Source: Selaginella moellendorffii
Lineage: Eukaryota > Plantae > Lycopodiophyta
DNA length: 64,000 nt
Assembly (NCBI RefSeq): GCF_000143415.4
Contig: NW_003314262.1
Span: 1,229,960-1,293,959, forward strand
Direction of reading: 5' to 3'
The notes beneath the pieces are model-generated. The model worked only from the letters and a program-made list of their open reading frames with translations, was not told the DNA's origin and did not search any database. Of the stretch, positions 10,785 to 22,193 are shown piece by piece. Position numbers and translations under genes: made by a program. Numbering within the stretch: the first letter of the stretch is position 1; the number at the start of each line of letters is the position of its first letter.

Positions 10785-13700
10785 GAATAAAAATCACTTT
10801 TCTTCTTTATCAAGCTCCTCACCACCTTTCATCAAAGCCACCACCAATTCCCGCAACTTCTGCGTCCCATGTCTCCTTTTTTTCACCGGACAATCAGGAC
10901 TCAAGGCTCTGGCATTACTGGACTCGGGTGCAACTTCCTGCTTCATGGACACGAACTTTGCTACCCGACATTACGTTCCTCTTTCTCCTACCATACGGGA
11001 TTTTAGGGTTGAAGGCATCGGCGGGCATTTTGTGTCTCCATCTTCTAGACTTAGGGAAACGTTGCCCGTTCGAGTACACATCGGGTCCACCGTCACCGAT
11101 ATCACCTTCAACATCATCAACAACAAGTCCTCCTCTGTGGTGCTCGGTCTTCCTTGGTTCCAACTACATCAGCCTCAGATCTGTTGGAAGGAATTACAGC
11201 TCATCTCTCCCACGGCTTCCCCTGCTGTTCATCGAGTCCGAATCAGAAAAAGTTCCCTAATCTCAAATCGGGGTTCTGTTCCTGACTCTATAAAGTTTTC
11301 ACCCTCTTCTTTTTCCTCTCTTCCATCTTACACTGGACCGTATCCTCGTCTCATCATTCCATTTAGTCGTACGCCTCCTCCTATCTCCACAATCACTATG
11401 AAAGAACTCCTTCATGAAGAACCTCTTTTTCTTTTTGCTTTGCATGTTTCTCCTGTCAGTCTTTCTGAGAAGTATCATGATTTTGGGGATGTGTTTGACA
11501 AGAAAAAAAGCTAGTGTACTACCTGTTCATCGGCCTTATGATTGTCCCATTGATTTACAGGAAGGAGCGTCACCTCCGTGGGGGCCTATCTACGGGTTAT
11601 CCCCGTCTGAGCTTAAGGCCCTCAAAGAGTACGTGGGTGAGAACCTTGCCTCGGGCTACATTCAGCATTCGCAGTCCCCGGCTGGAGCGCCTGTCTTCTT
11701 TGTCAAGAAGAAGGATGGGAGCTTGCGGCTAGTCATCGACTACCGAGGTTTGAACAAGGTGACTGTTCGGAACTGTTATCCGCTGCCCCTGATCTCGAAC
11801 CTGTTGGAACGCCTCGGCGGTGCCCACTTCTTCACCAAGATCGACCTCCGTGGAGCATACAACCTGATCCGGATCCGGCCTGGTGATGAATGGAAGACTG
11901 CATTCCGAACCCGCTATGGCCACTTCGAGTACATTGTCATGCCATTTGGCTTGACAAATGCTCCAGCAGTTTTCCAACACATGGCGAACGACGTCTTTCG
12001 GGAGTTTCTTGATCAGATGGTGATTGTCTATCTCGATGACATCCTCATCTACTCAAAAACTCAGGAGGAGCATGACGAACATGTTCGCAAGGTGCTAGCG
12101 AAGTTGCAAGAACACGGCCTATACGCGAAGCTTGAGAAATGTTCCTTTGATCGGCAGTCTGTGGAGTTCCTTGGGTACATTGTCACTCCTGAGGGTATCA
12201 CGATGGATCCTGCCAAAGTCAAGACTATTCTCGACTGGGAGCCTCCACAATCAATGTCGGACGTTCAGGTTTTCCTTGGCTTCGCCAACTTCTACTGCAA
12301 ATTCATTGATCACTACTCTGACATTGTCCTTCCTCTCACACATCTCACTCGCAAGGATGTTCCCTTCTCTTGGTCTGCTGCTGCCCAGCAGGCCTTCGAC
12401 ACACTCAAGGCGGCCTTCAGTTCTGCTCCTGTCTTGATCCATGCTGATTCCTCACAACCTTTCTTCATTGAGGCTGACGCCTCCGACTTTGCCATTGGTG
12501 TTGTGCTGTCTCAACTCGGAGCGGATCACGATCTTCATCCGGTCGCTTTCCATTCTCAGAAATTCCAGCCTGCGGAGATCAATTACGAAATCCACAACAA
12601 GGAGCTCCTTGCCATCGTGGATTCCTTTGGAGAGTGGCGCCGTTTCTTGGAGGGGGCGAGCCATCAAACAACAGTCTGGACGGATCACAAAAATCTCGAG
12701 TACTTTGCCACTTCCCGAGTTTTAAGCCGTCGTCAAGCAAGGTGGGCACAATTCCTGAGTCGGTTTGACTTTGTTATCAAGTACAGACCTGGAAAGTTTC
12801 AAGGCCTTCCTGATGCTCTTTCAAGGCGCTCGTATCTCAGTCTCAGGCCTGGTAATCCTACCTTTGATCAACAGGATCAAGTTATCCTCGGTCCTGATCG
12901 GCTTCAAGTTATGGCAATTTCCTTGGCCCCTTAGGACTCCTCCTTGATGGATGCAATCAGAAACGATCTTCAATCCGATGATCTCGCTAGCAACATTTTC
13001 CCCCATCTTCAGGCTGGACACCCAGTGACTCCCGACTGCCGGTGATTTGACGAGTTCGAGTTCTTAGATGGCTTATTGTACCGTGGGGAGCAGCTTTACG
13101 TTCCTGAAGGTGATGCTCGAAGGTTGGTCCTGATGGCGTGCCACGATAGCCCGACTGCTGGTCACTTCGGCATTGCGAAAACCTATGAGCTAGTTGCACG
13201 GGACTTTTGGTGGCCTCACATGGACGACTACATCAAAGCTTTTGTTACCTCTTGTGACACTTGTGCCCGGAATAAGGTACCTCGCCACCTTCCTTCAGGT
13301 TTGCTTCGTTCCCTTCCAGTCCCTTCAGGTCCTTGGGAATCCATCTCCATGGATTTCTTGAGTGATCTTCTGAGTTCTGGAGGCTTCAACAGCATTTTAG
13401 GTCATGGTGGATCGCTTCACAAAGATGGCGCACTTCTTGCCATGTACCAAGGAGTTTTCGGGCGAGGACATGGCAAAACTGGTATTCAGGGAAATTTTCC
13501 GACTTCATGGGATTCCTACAGATGTGGTTTCGGATCGGGGGCCTCAGTTCATCTCTCATTTCTGGCAATAGTTTTTGCAACTACTTGGAGTGAAGGCCAA
13601 CCTCTCTTCGGCATATCATCCTCAAACTGATGGGCAGTCTGAGCGAACGATTCAGACGTTGGAACAATTCTTGAGGTGCTTCATCAACTATCATCAGGAT

Positions 13701-14495
13701 AACTAGTTCGATATCCTTCCCCTTGCTGAGTTCTCCTATAACAACTCTGTTCACTCCTCTCTTCGAGTTTCCCCCTTCTTTGCAAACTCTGGCCAAAATC
13801 CCCGATTCAATCTCTCACTTCCTTCTCCATCTGAATCCTCTCGTTCAAATCCCCGTTATAAGGCATTTATCTCCAACATCCAAGAAATCCACAACTCCAT
13901 CTCCTTCCACCTCCATCGTGCTCAGGAATTTCATAAAACATTTGCCAATGTCCATCGTCAGGATTGTCCCCCTTACAATATCGGGGATAAAGTCTGGCTC
14001 CTCAGGCAAAATATCTCCACCACCAGGCCCTGTCCAAAACTTGATTTCAAATGCCTTGGTCCTTTCCTTATCACTGCCATCATTAATCCTGTCACTTATC
14101 ACCTTGCACTTCCCTCCTCATATCAAATTCACCCCGTTTTTCACTCCTCTCTCCTTGAGCCTTATATTCCCAGTCCTATTCCAAATCAGGTCATTCCTCC
14201 GCCTCCACCAGTGCAGCTCGAGGATGGGTCTGAGTACGAGGTTCAGGACATCCTTGATTCCAAGATTTCACGGTCTAAACTCTACTATCTGGTGGACTGG
14301 AAGGGTTACAGACCTGAGGAACGCACTTGGGAACCTGCAGACAACCTGCTTCATTCTCCTGACCTTGTTCAGGACTTCCACCGCCACTATCCTTCTCGTC
14401 CCAGTCCTCATTCTTTTTCTCCATTTCCCATCCCTCGCCACTCATCTACTCCTCCTCTTCGTTCTCGTTCACATCCTCGTTCCACTTGTTCTTGA
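10741..14495 (+). pseudogene. pol: Pol polyprotein (protease, RT, RNase H, integrase, chromodomain) with stops and frameshifts
   Basis: LLDSGA protease; RT with YLDD; RNase H ADASDFAIG...TDHKNL; integrase H-H-CDTC and SISMDF; chromodomain EYEVQDILDS...YLVDWKGY...TWEP. Frameshifts at the A-run ~11505 and ~13398; TAG 12932. Confidence 0.92.
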
Positions 14496-14506
14496 GGAGG
14501 GGGTGC

Positions 14507-14892
14507 TGTCAGGAATCCCCCAATTCTTGCTACATTCCTGACTCTCGCCGGATTCCTGACCTGCAGACCACATTCCTGACTTCGAGACACTTCCCTATTC
14601 CTGACTCTCGAGACACTTTCCTATTCCTGACTCTCGAGACACTTTCCGATTCCTGAGTCTCGAGCCACATTCCTGATGATGATGTGGCGCCTCCTCGACC
14701 TCAGCTATATTTAGGCCGTCCTCGATCCAAGAGCGGTGGAGCTTCATCAACCTATAGTATATATAGGTTAGCCTTGTTCCATTTCTCCACAATCTGAATC
14801 AACGCCAATCTAAGGCTTCTTCTTTGTTTCCACTAGCTTTTCTCTTTGTCTTTTTGCATTTTCCAATCTTGATCTTGTCAGGGGTCTTGACA
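14507..14892 (+). repeat. 3' LTR
   Basis: Direct repeat of 9305-9691; about 13 substitutions and 3 single-base indels by hand alignment. Confidence 0.95.
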
Positions 14893-15746
14893 TGGGTGAA
14901 CCAGATGATAACCTTTAGTGTATGAGCTCCACAGATCTCATACACCCTCTTCTCCGACCACGAGTCGGGAGCTGTGGCACTTGCTGCTATGCGCTTGGCG
15001 ACGAGGATTGACAGGAATGCCTTGGCGTTCTTTTCACCAAGGTGCCCCACACCAACTGGCTTCCACTGCTCAACGTCTATGTGACTCTGGAACCACTGCC
15101 GAAAAAAGTCGTCGCAGGTGGACATAATCACAACCCCAGTCCGGTCCTGCTTGATCATGGCTGTGAAACATCCCAGGAGGGTGCCTACATCCTGGTCGGA
15201 CCACCACTTCAGCCTGTCAGCTTCATCGATGACAAAAATTGGCCTCCTATGCTGGTTTTCAACCGCCAGGCTCATAAACTAACTCATGACAGAGCCCAAG
15301 TCCTTCACTAGCTCCGCTTTTAACAGCTCTAGAAAGCTCGATGCATCAAGGTTTACGCCCTTGAACGTCAGCTTCTTCAAATCGACACTGACACCTCCGA
15401 TCGTCTTCAGAAAGGCTGCTGCCACATCTTTGAGCCAAGAAGCCCAAGCTCGCATCTGTCTTGCAATCTGTGCAGCAGCCAGCTCCGGAGAACTGAAGTC
15501 CGCAGCCCTCATGTCCATGTAGAAGAGTGGCAACTGGGCTTTCAGCAGAGGGTTGGCATCCCACATCTTCCTGAGCTGCTTGAGCAGAGCGGACTTGCCT
15601 GAATTGTTGGCGCCTATCACTACAGCGATGCGGTTGAAGCCTTCCTCAATATGTGTGAGCAGATCAGTTATCTCTTCGTGCCTATCAAAGAAACCCTCAT
15701 CGTTGTTGAGCGACTTCTTCAGCTCCCTCACCGCTTTAGCCGCCAT
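14893..15746 (-). pseudogene. Array unit 1, truncated ATPase; internal stop, tail split by the LTR element
   Basis: ORFs 15279..15755 and 14799..15275; tail resumes at 9215-9304. Confidence 0.8.
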
Positions 15747-16015
15747 AGCCGCCAAACCCTAAAATGTATTAAACCTAAAATCGCCCGTTACGTGGTACCA
15801 ATTTGGTACCGGAGAGACTAATTGACTGTTTTAATTTTCTTTAGTTTATTTTCAAATAGATGAACTGTGAGATGGGACGTCAACTCAAAACATGTTGGAA
15901 GATCCAGATTCCCTGCTGGCTACAAGTTGTTGTATGCCAAACGAATGCTAATCCGTAGGAAGAGTTTTTCTTCCTGGCTAACTAGAGAACCTAACTGAAA
16001 CTCTGGAGAACTAGT

Positions 16016-16879
16016 TTACCAATAAAGAGAGTTTGAAGAGCTTGAAAACCTGTAATGTGGTTTTGGAAATTCTTGGTTATTGGTAGGCTCGTAAAGGCTC
16101 TGGGTGAACCAGATGATAACCTTTAGTGTATGAGCTCCACAGATCTCATACACCCTCTTCTCCGACCACGAGTCGGGAGCTGTGGCACATGCTGCTATGC
16201 GCTTGGCGACGAGGCTTGAAAGGAATGCCTTGGCGTTCTTTTCACCAAGGTGCCCCACACCAACTGGCTTCCACTGCTCAATGTCTGTGTGACTCTGGAA
16301 CCACTGCCCAAAAAAGTCGTTGCAGGTGGACATAATCACAAACCCAGTCCGGTCCTGCTTGGTCATGGCTGTCAAACATCCCAGGAGGGTGCCTACATCC
16401 TGCTCGGACCACTGCTTCAGCCTGTCAGCTTCATCGATGACAAAAATTGGCCTCCTATGCTGGTTTTCAGCCGCCAGGCTCATAAACCAACTCATGACAG
16501 AGCCCAAGTCCTTCACTGGCTCCGCTTTTAACAGCTCTAGAAAGCTCGATGCATCAAGGTTTACGCCCTTGAATGTCAGCTTCTTCAGATCGACACTGAC
16601 ACCTCCGATCGTCTTCAGAAGGGCCGCTGCCACATCTTTGAGCCAAGAAGCCCAAGCTCGCATCTGTCCTGCAATCTGTGCAGTAGCCAGCTCCGGGGAA
16701 CTGAAGTCCACAGCCCTCATGTCCATGTAGAAGAGCGGCAACTGGGCTTTCAGCGGAGGGTTGGCATCCCACATCTTCCTGAGCTGCTTGAGCAGAGCAA
16801 ACTTGCCTGAATTGTTGGGGCCTATCACTACAGCGATGCGGTTGAAGCCTTCCTCAATATGTGTGAGCAGATCAGTCAT
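16016..16879 (-). CDS. Array unit 2, truncated P-loop ATPase (287 aa, Walker A GKF)
   Basis: Open from the internal ATG (MTDLL); expression unknown. Confidence 0.5.
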   Translation of the reverse strand: MTDLLTHIEEGFNRIAVVIGPNNSGKFALLKQLRKMWDANPPLKAQLPLFYMDMRAVDFSSPELATAQIAGQMRAWASWLKDVAAALLKTIGGVSVDLKKLTFKGVNLDASSFLELLKAEPVKDLGSVMSWFMSLAAENQHRRPIFVIDEADRLKQWSEQDVGTLLGCLTAMTKQDRTGFVIMSTCNDFFGQWFQSHTDIEQWKPVGVGHLGEKNAKAFLSSLVAKRIAACATAPDSWSEKRVYEICGAHTLKVIIWFTQSLYEPTNNQEFPKPHYRFSSSSNSLYW

Positions 16880-17255
16880 CTCTTCGTGCCCATCAAAGAA
16901 GAAATGACTGATCGTCGTCGTTGAGCGACTTCTTCGTCATCATCATTGAGCGACTTCTTCAGCTCCCTCACCGCTTCAGCCACCATAGCCGCCAAACCCT
17001 AAAATGTGTTAAACCTAAAGTCGCCCGTTACGTGGTTCCAATTTGGTATCAGAGAGACTAGTTGACTGTTTTAATTTTCTTTAGTTTATTTTCAAACAGA
17101 TGAACTGCGAGATGGGACGTCAACTCAAAACATGTTGGAAGATCCAGATTCCTTGCTGGCTACAAGTTGTTGTAAGCTAAATGAATGCTAATCCATAGGA
17201 AGAGTTTTTCTTCCTGGCTAACTAGAGAACCTAACTGAAACTCTGGAGAACTAAT

Positions 17256-18116
17256 TTACCGATAGAGAAAGTTTGAAGAGCTTGAAAACCTGTAATGTGG
17301 TTTTGGAAATTCTTGGTTATTGGTAGGCTTGTAAAGGCTCTGGGTGAACCAGATAACCTTTAGTGTATGAGCTCCATAGATCTCATACACCCTCTGCTCC
17401 GACCACGAGTCAGGAGCTGTGGCACTTGCTGCTATGCGCTTGGCAACGAGGCTTGACAGGAATGCCTTGGCGTTTTTTTCACCAAGGTCCCCCACACCAA
17501 CTGGCTGCCACTGCTCAACGTCTGCGTGACTCTGGAACCACTGCCAAAAAAAGTCGTCGCAGGTGGACATAATCACAACCCCAGTCCAGTCTTGCTTGGT
17601 CATGGCTGGGAAACATCCCAGGAGGGTGCCTACATCCTGGTCGGACCACCGCTTCAGCCTGTCAGCTTCATCGATGACAAAAATTGGCCTCCTATGCTGG
17701 TTTTCAGCCGCTAGGCTCATAAACCAACTCATGACAGAGCCCAAGTCCTTCACTGGCTCCGCTTTTAACAGCTCTAGAAAGCTCGATGCATCAAGGTTTA
17801 CGCCCTTGAACGTCAGCTTCTTCAGATTGACATTGACACCTCCGATCGTCTTCAGAAGGGCCGCTGCCACATCTTTGAGCCAAGAAGCCCAAGCTCGCAT
17901 CTGTCTTGCAATCTGTGCAGCAGCCAGCTCCGGGGAACTGAAGTCCGCAGCCCTCATGTCCATGTAGAAGAGCGGCAACTGGGCTTTCAGCAGAGGGTTG
18001 GCATCCCACATCTTCCTGAGCTGCTTGAGCAGAGCAGACTTGCCTGAATTGTTGGGGCCTATCACTACAGCGATGCAGTTGAAGCTTTCCTCAATATGTG
18101 TGAGCAGATCAGTCAT
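17256..18116 (-). CDS. Array unit 3, truncated P-loop ATPase (286 aa)
   Basis: Open ORF, Walker A/B intact. Confidence 0.55.
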   Translation of the reverse strand: MTDLLTHIEESFNCIAVVIGPNNSGKSALLKQLRKMWDANPLLKAQLPLFYMDMRAADFSSPELAAAQIARQMRAWASWLKDVAAALLKTIGGVNVNLKKLTFKGVNLDASSFLELLKAEPVKDLGSVMSWFMSLAAENQHRRPIFVIDEADRLKRWSDQDVGTLLGCFPAMTKQDWTGVVIMSTCDDFFWQWFQSHADVEQWQPVGVGDLGEKNAKAFLSSLVAKRIAASATAPDSWSEQRVYEIYGAHTLKVIWFTQSLYKPTNNQEFPKPHYRFSSSSNFLYR

Positions 18117-18492
18117 CTCTTCGTGCCTATCAAAGAAGAAATGACTGATCGTCGTCGTTGAGCGACTTCTTCGTCATCATCATTGAGCGACTTCTTCAGC
18201 TCCCTCACCGCTTCAGCCACCATAGCCGCCAAACCCTAAAATGTGTTAAACCTAAAGTCTCCCGTTACGTTGTTCCAATTTGGTATCAGAGAGACTAGTT
18301 GACTGTTTTAATTTTCTTTAGTTTATTTTCAAACAGATGAGCTGTGAAATGGGACATCAACTCAAAACATGTTGGAAGATCCAGATTCCTTGCTGGCTAC
18401 AAGTTGTTGTAAGCTAAACAAATGCTAATCTGTAGGAAGAGTTTTTCTTCCTGGCTAACTAGAGAACCTAACTGAAACTCTGGAGAACTAAT

Positions 18493-19343
18493 TTACCGAT
18501 AGAGAGAGTTTGAAGAGCTTGAAAACCTGTAATGTGGGTTTGGAAATTCTTGGTTATTGGTAGGCTTGTAAAGGCTCTGGGTTAACCAGATAACCTTTAG
18601 TGTATGAGCTCCATAGATCTCATACACCCTCTGCTCCGACCACGAGTCGGGAGCTGTGGCACTTGCTGCTATGCGCTTGGCAACGAGGCTTGACAGGAAT
18701 GCCTTGGCGTTCTTTTCACCAAGGTGCCCCACACCAACTGGCTGCCACTGCTCAACGTCTGCGTGACTCTGGAACCACTGCCAAAAAAAGTCGTCGCAGG
18801 TGGACATAATCACAACCCCAGTCCAGTCTTGCTTGGTCATGGCTGGGAAACATCCCAGGAGGGTGCCTACATCCTGGTCGGACCACCGCTTCAGCCTGTC
18901 AGCTTCATCGATGACAAAAATTGGCCTCCTATGCTGGTTTTCAGCCTCCAGGCTCATAAACTAACTCATGACAAAGCCCAAGTCCTTCACTGGCTCCGCT
19001 TTTAACAGCTCTAGAAAGCTCGATGCATCAAGGTTTACGCCCTTGAATGTCAGCTTCTTGAGATCTACACTGACACCTTCGATCGTCTTCAGAAGGGCCG
19101 CTGCCACATCTTTGAGCCAAGAAGCCCAAGCTCGCATCTGTCTTGCAATCTGTGCAGCAGCCAGCTCCGGGGAACTGAAGTCCGCAGCCCTCATGTCCAT
19201 GTAGAAGAGCGGCAACTGGGCTTTCAGCAGAGGGTTGGCATCCCACATCTTCCTGAGCTGCTTGAGCAGAGCAAACTTGCCTGGCCTATCACTACAGCGA
19301 TGCGGTTGAAGCCTTCCTCAATATGTGTGAGCAGATCAGTCAT
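18493..19343 (-). pseudogene. Array unit 4; 10-bp deletion through Walker A and an internal stop
   Basis: Deletion at ~19283; TAG at 18961. Confidence 0.8.
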
Positions 19344-19803
19344 CTCTTCGTGCCTATCAAAGAAGAAATGACTGATCGTCGTCGTTGAGCGACTTCTTCG
19401 TCATCATCATTGAGCGACTTCTTCAGCTCCCTCACCGCTTCAGCCACCATAGCCGCCAAACCCTAAAATGTGTTAAACCTAAAGTCGCCCGTTACGTGGT
19501 TCCAATTTGGTATCAGAGAGACTAGTTGACTGTTTTAATTTTCTTTAGTTTATTTTCAAACAGATGAGCTGTGAAATGGGACATCAACTCAAAACATGTT
19601 GGAAGATCCAGATTCCTTGCTGGCTACAAGTTGTTGTAAGCTAAATGAATGCTAATCTGTAGGAAGAGTTTTTCTTCCTGGCTAACTAGAGAACCTAACT
19701 GAAACTCTGGAGAACTAATTTACCGATAGAGAGAGTTTGAAGAGCTTGAAAACCTGTAATGTGGTTTTGGAAATTCTTGGTTATTGGTAGGCTCGTAAAG
19801 GCT

Positions 19804-20580
19804 CTAGGTGAACCAGATAACCTTTAGTGTATGAGCTCCACAGATCTCATACACCCTCTGCTCCGAACACGAGTCGGGAGCTGTGGCACTTGCTGCTATG
19901 CGCTTGGCGACGAGGCTTGACAGGAATGCCTTGGCGTTCTTTTCACCAAGGTGCCCCACACCAACTGGCTGCCACTGCTCAACGTCTGTGTGACTCTGGA
20001 ACCACTGCCAAAAAAAGTCGTCGCAGGTGGACATAATCACAACCCCAGTCCAGTCTTGCTTGGTCATGGCTGGGAAACATCCCAGGAGGGTGCCTACATC
20101 CTGGTCGGACCACCGCTTCAGCCTGTCAGCTTCATCGATGACAAAAATTGGCCTCCTATGCTGGTTTTCAGCCGCTAGGCTCATAAACCAACTCATGACA
20201 GAGCCCAAGTCCTTCACTGGCTCCGCTTTTAACAGCTCTAGAAAGCTCGATGCATCAAGGTTTACGCCCTTGAACGTCAGCTTCTTCAGATTGACACTGA
20301 CACCTCCGATCGTCTTCAGAAGGGCCGCTGCCACATCTTTGAGCCAAGAAGCCCAAGCTCGCATCTGTCTTGCAATCTGTGCAGCAGCCAGCTCCGGGGA
20401 ACTGAAGTCCGCAGCCCTCATGTCCATGTAGAAGAGCGGCAACTGGGCTTTCAGCAGAGGGTTGGCATCCCACATCTTCCTGAGCTGCTTGAGCAGAGCA
20501 GACTTGCCTGAATTGTTGGGGCCTATCACTACAGCGATGCGGTTGAAGCCTTCCTCAATATGTGTGAGCAGATCAGTCAT
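19804..20580 (-). CDS. Array unit 5, truncated ATPase (258 aa, short tail)
   Basis: Open core, ends WFT*. Confidence 0.5.
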   Translation of the reverse strand: MTDLLTHIEEGFNRIAVVIGPNNSGKSALLKQLRKMWDANPLLKAQLPLFYMDMRAADFSSPELAAAQIARQMRAWASWLKDVAAALLKTIGGVSVNLKKLTFKGVNLDASSFLELLKAEPVKDLGSVMSWFMSLAAENQHRRPIFVIDEADRLKRWSDQDVGTLLGCFPAMTKQDWTGVVIMSTCDDFFWQWFQSHTDVEQWQPVGVGHLGEKNAKAFLSSLVAKRIAASATAPDSCSEQRVYEICGAHTLKVIWFT

Positions 20581-20956
20581 CTCTTCGTGCCTATCAAAGA
20601 AGAAATGACTGATCGTCGTCGTTGAGCGACTTCTTCGTCATCATCATTGAGCGACTTCTTCAGCTCCCTCACCGCTTCAGCCACCATAGCCGCCAAACCC
20701 TAAAATGTGTTAAACCTAAAGTCTCCCGTTACGTGGTTCCAATTTGGTATCAGAGAGACTAGTTGACTGTTTTAATTTTCTTTAGTTTATTTTCAAACAG
20801 ATGAGCTGTGAAATGGGACATCAACTCAAAACATGTTGGAAGATCCAGATTCCTTGCTGGCTACAAGTTGTTGTAAGCTAAATGAATGCTAATCCATAGG
20901 AAGAGTTTTTCTTCCTGGCTAACTAGAGAACCTAACTGAAACTCTGGAGAACTAAT

Positions 20957-21817
20957 TTACCGATAGAGAGAGTTTGAAGAGCTTGAAAACCTGTAATGTG
21001 GTTTTGGAAATTCTTGGTTATTGGTAGGCTTGTAAAGGCTCAGGGTGAACCAGATAACCTTTAGTGTATGAGCTCCATAGATCTCATACACCCTCTGCTC
21101 CGACCACGAGTCAGGAGCTGTGGCACTTGCTGCTATGCGCTTGGCAACAAGGCTTGACAGGAATGCCTTGGCGTTCTTTTCACCAAGGTGCCCCACACCA
21201 ACTGGCTGCCACTGCTCAACGTCTGCGTGACTCTGGAACCACTGCCAAAAAAAGTCGTCGCAGGTGGACATAATCACAACCCCAGTCCAGTCTTGCTTGG
21301 TCATGGCTGGGAAACATCCCAGGAGGGTGCCTACATCCTGGTCGGACCACCGCTTCAGCCTGTCAGCTTCATCGATGATAAAAATTGGCCTCCTATGCTG
21401 GTTTTCAGCCTCCAGGCTCATAAACTAACTCATGACAGAGCCCAAGTCCTTCACTGGCTCCGCTTTTAACAGCTCTAGAAAGCTCAATGCATCAAGGTTT
21501 ACGCCCTTGAACGTCAGCTTCTTCAGATTGACACTGACACCTCCGATTGTCTTCAGAAGGGCCGCTGCCACATCTTTGAGCCAAGAAGCCCAAGCTCGCA
21601 TCTGTCTTGCAATCTGTGCAGCAGCCAGCTCCGGGGAACTGAAGTCCGCAGCCCTCATGTCCATGTAGAAGAGCGGCAACTGGGCTTTCAGCAGAGGGTT
21701 GGCATCCCACATCTTCCTGAGCTGCTTGAGCAGAGCAGACTTGCCTGAATTGTTGGGGCCTATCACTACAGCGATGCAGTTGAAGCCTTCCTCAATATGT
21801 GTGAGCAGATCAGTCAT
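20957..21817 (-). pseudogene. Array unit 6; internal W>stop
   Basis: TAG at 21425. Confidence 0.75.
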
Positions 21818-22193
21818 CTCTTCGTGCCTATCAAAGAAGAAATGACTGATCGTCGTCGTTGAGCGACTTCTTCGTCATCATCATTGAGCGACTTCTTCAG
21901 CTCCCTCACCGCTTCAGCCACCATAGCCGCCAAACCCTAAAATGTGTTAAACCTAAAGTCGCCCGTTACGTGGTTCCAATTTGGTATCAGAGAGACTAGT
22001 TGACTGTTTTAATTTTCTTTAGTTTATTTTCAAACAGATGAACTGCGAGATGGGACGTCAACTCAAAACATGTTGGAAGATCCAGATTCCTTGCTGGCTA
22101 CAAGTTGTTGTAAGCTAAACAAATGCTAATCTGTAGGAAGAGTTTTTCTTCCTGGCTAACTAGAGAATCTAACTGAAACTCTGGAGAACTAAT

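Larger units (their letters stand above)
9305..14892 (+). mobile_element. Full-length decayed Ty3/gypsy chromovirus LTR retrotransposon (Tf1/sushi/Tcn1-like)
   Basis: LTRs 9305-9691 and 14507-14892 with TGTCA...TGACA ends; TSD TGGGT (9300-9304 and 14893-14897); PPT GAGGAGGGGG 14494-14503; order gag-PR-RT-RH-IN-chromodomain. Confidence 0.97.

Noticed and set aside
5215-12934. TAG reassigned to Gln, or stops repaired by RNA editing
   Set aside because: TAG ends the ATPase, gag and DUF1218 frames normally; the stops are polymorphic among units and co-occur with frameshifts. C>T decay is simpler.
14799-15275. ATPase-LTR fusion protein
   Set aside because: Read-through into the antisense LTR, downstream of an internal stop in unit 1.
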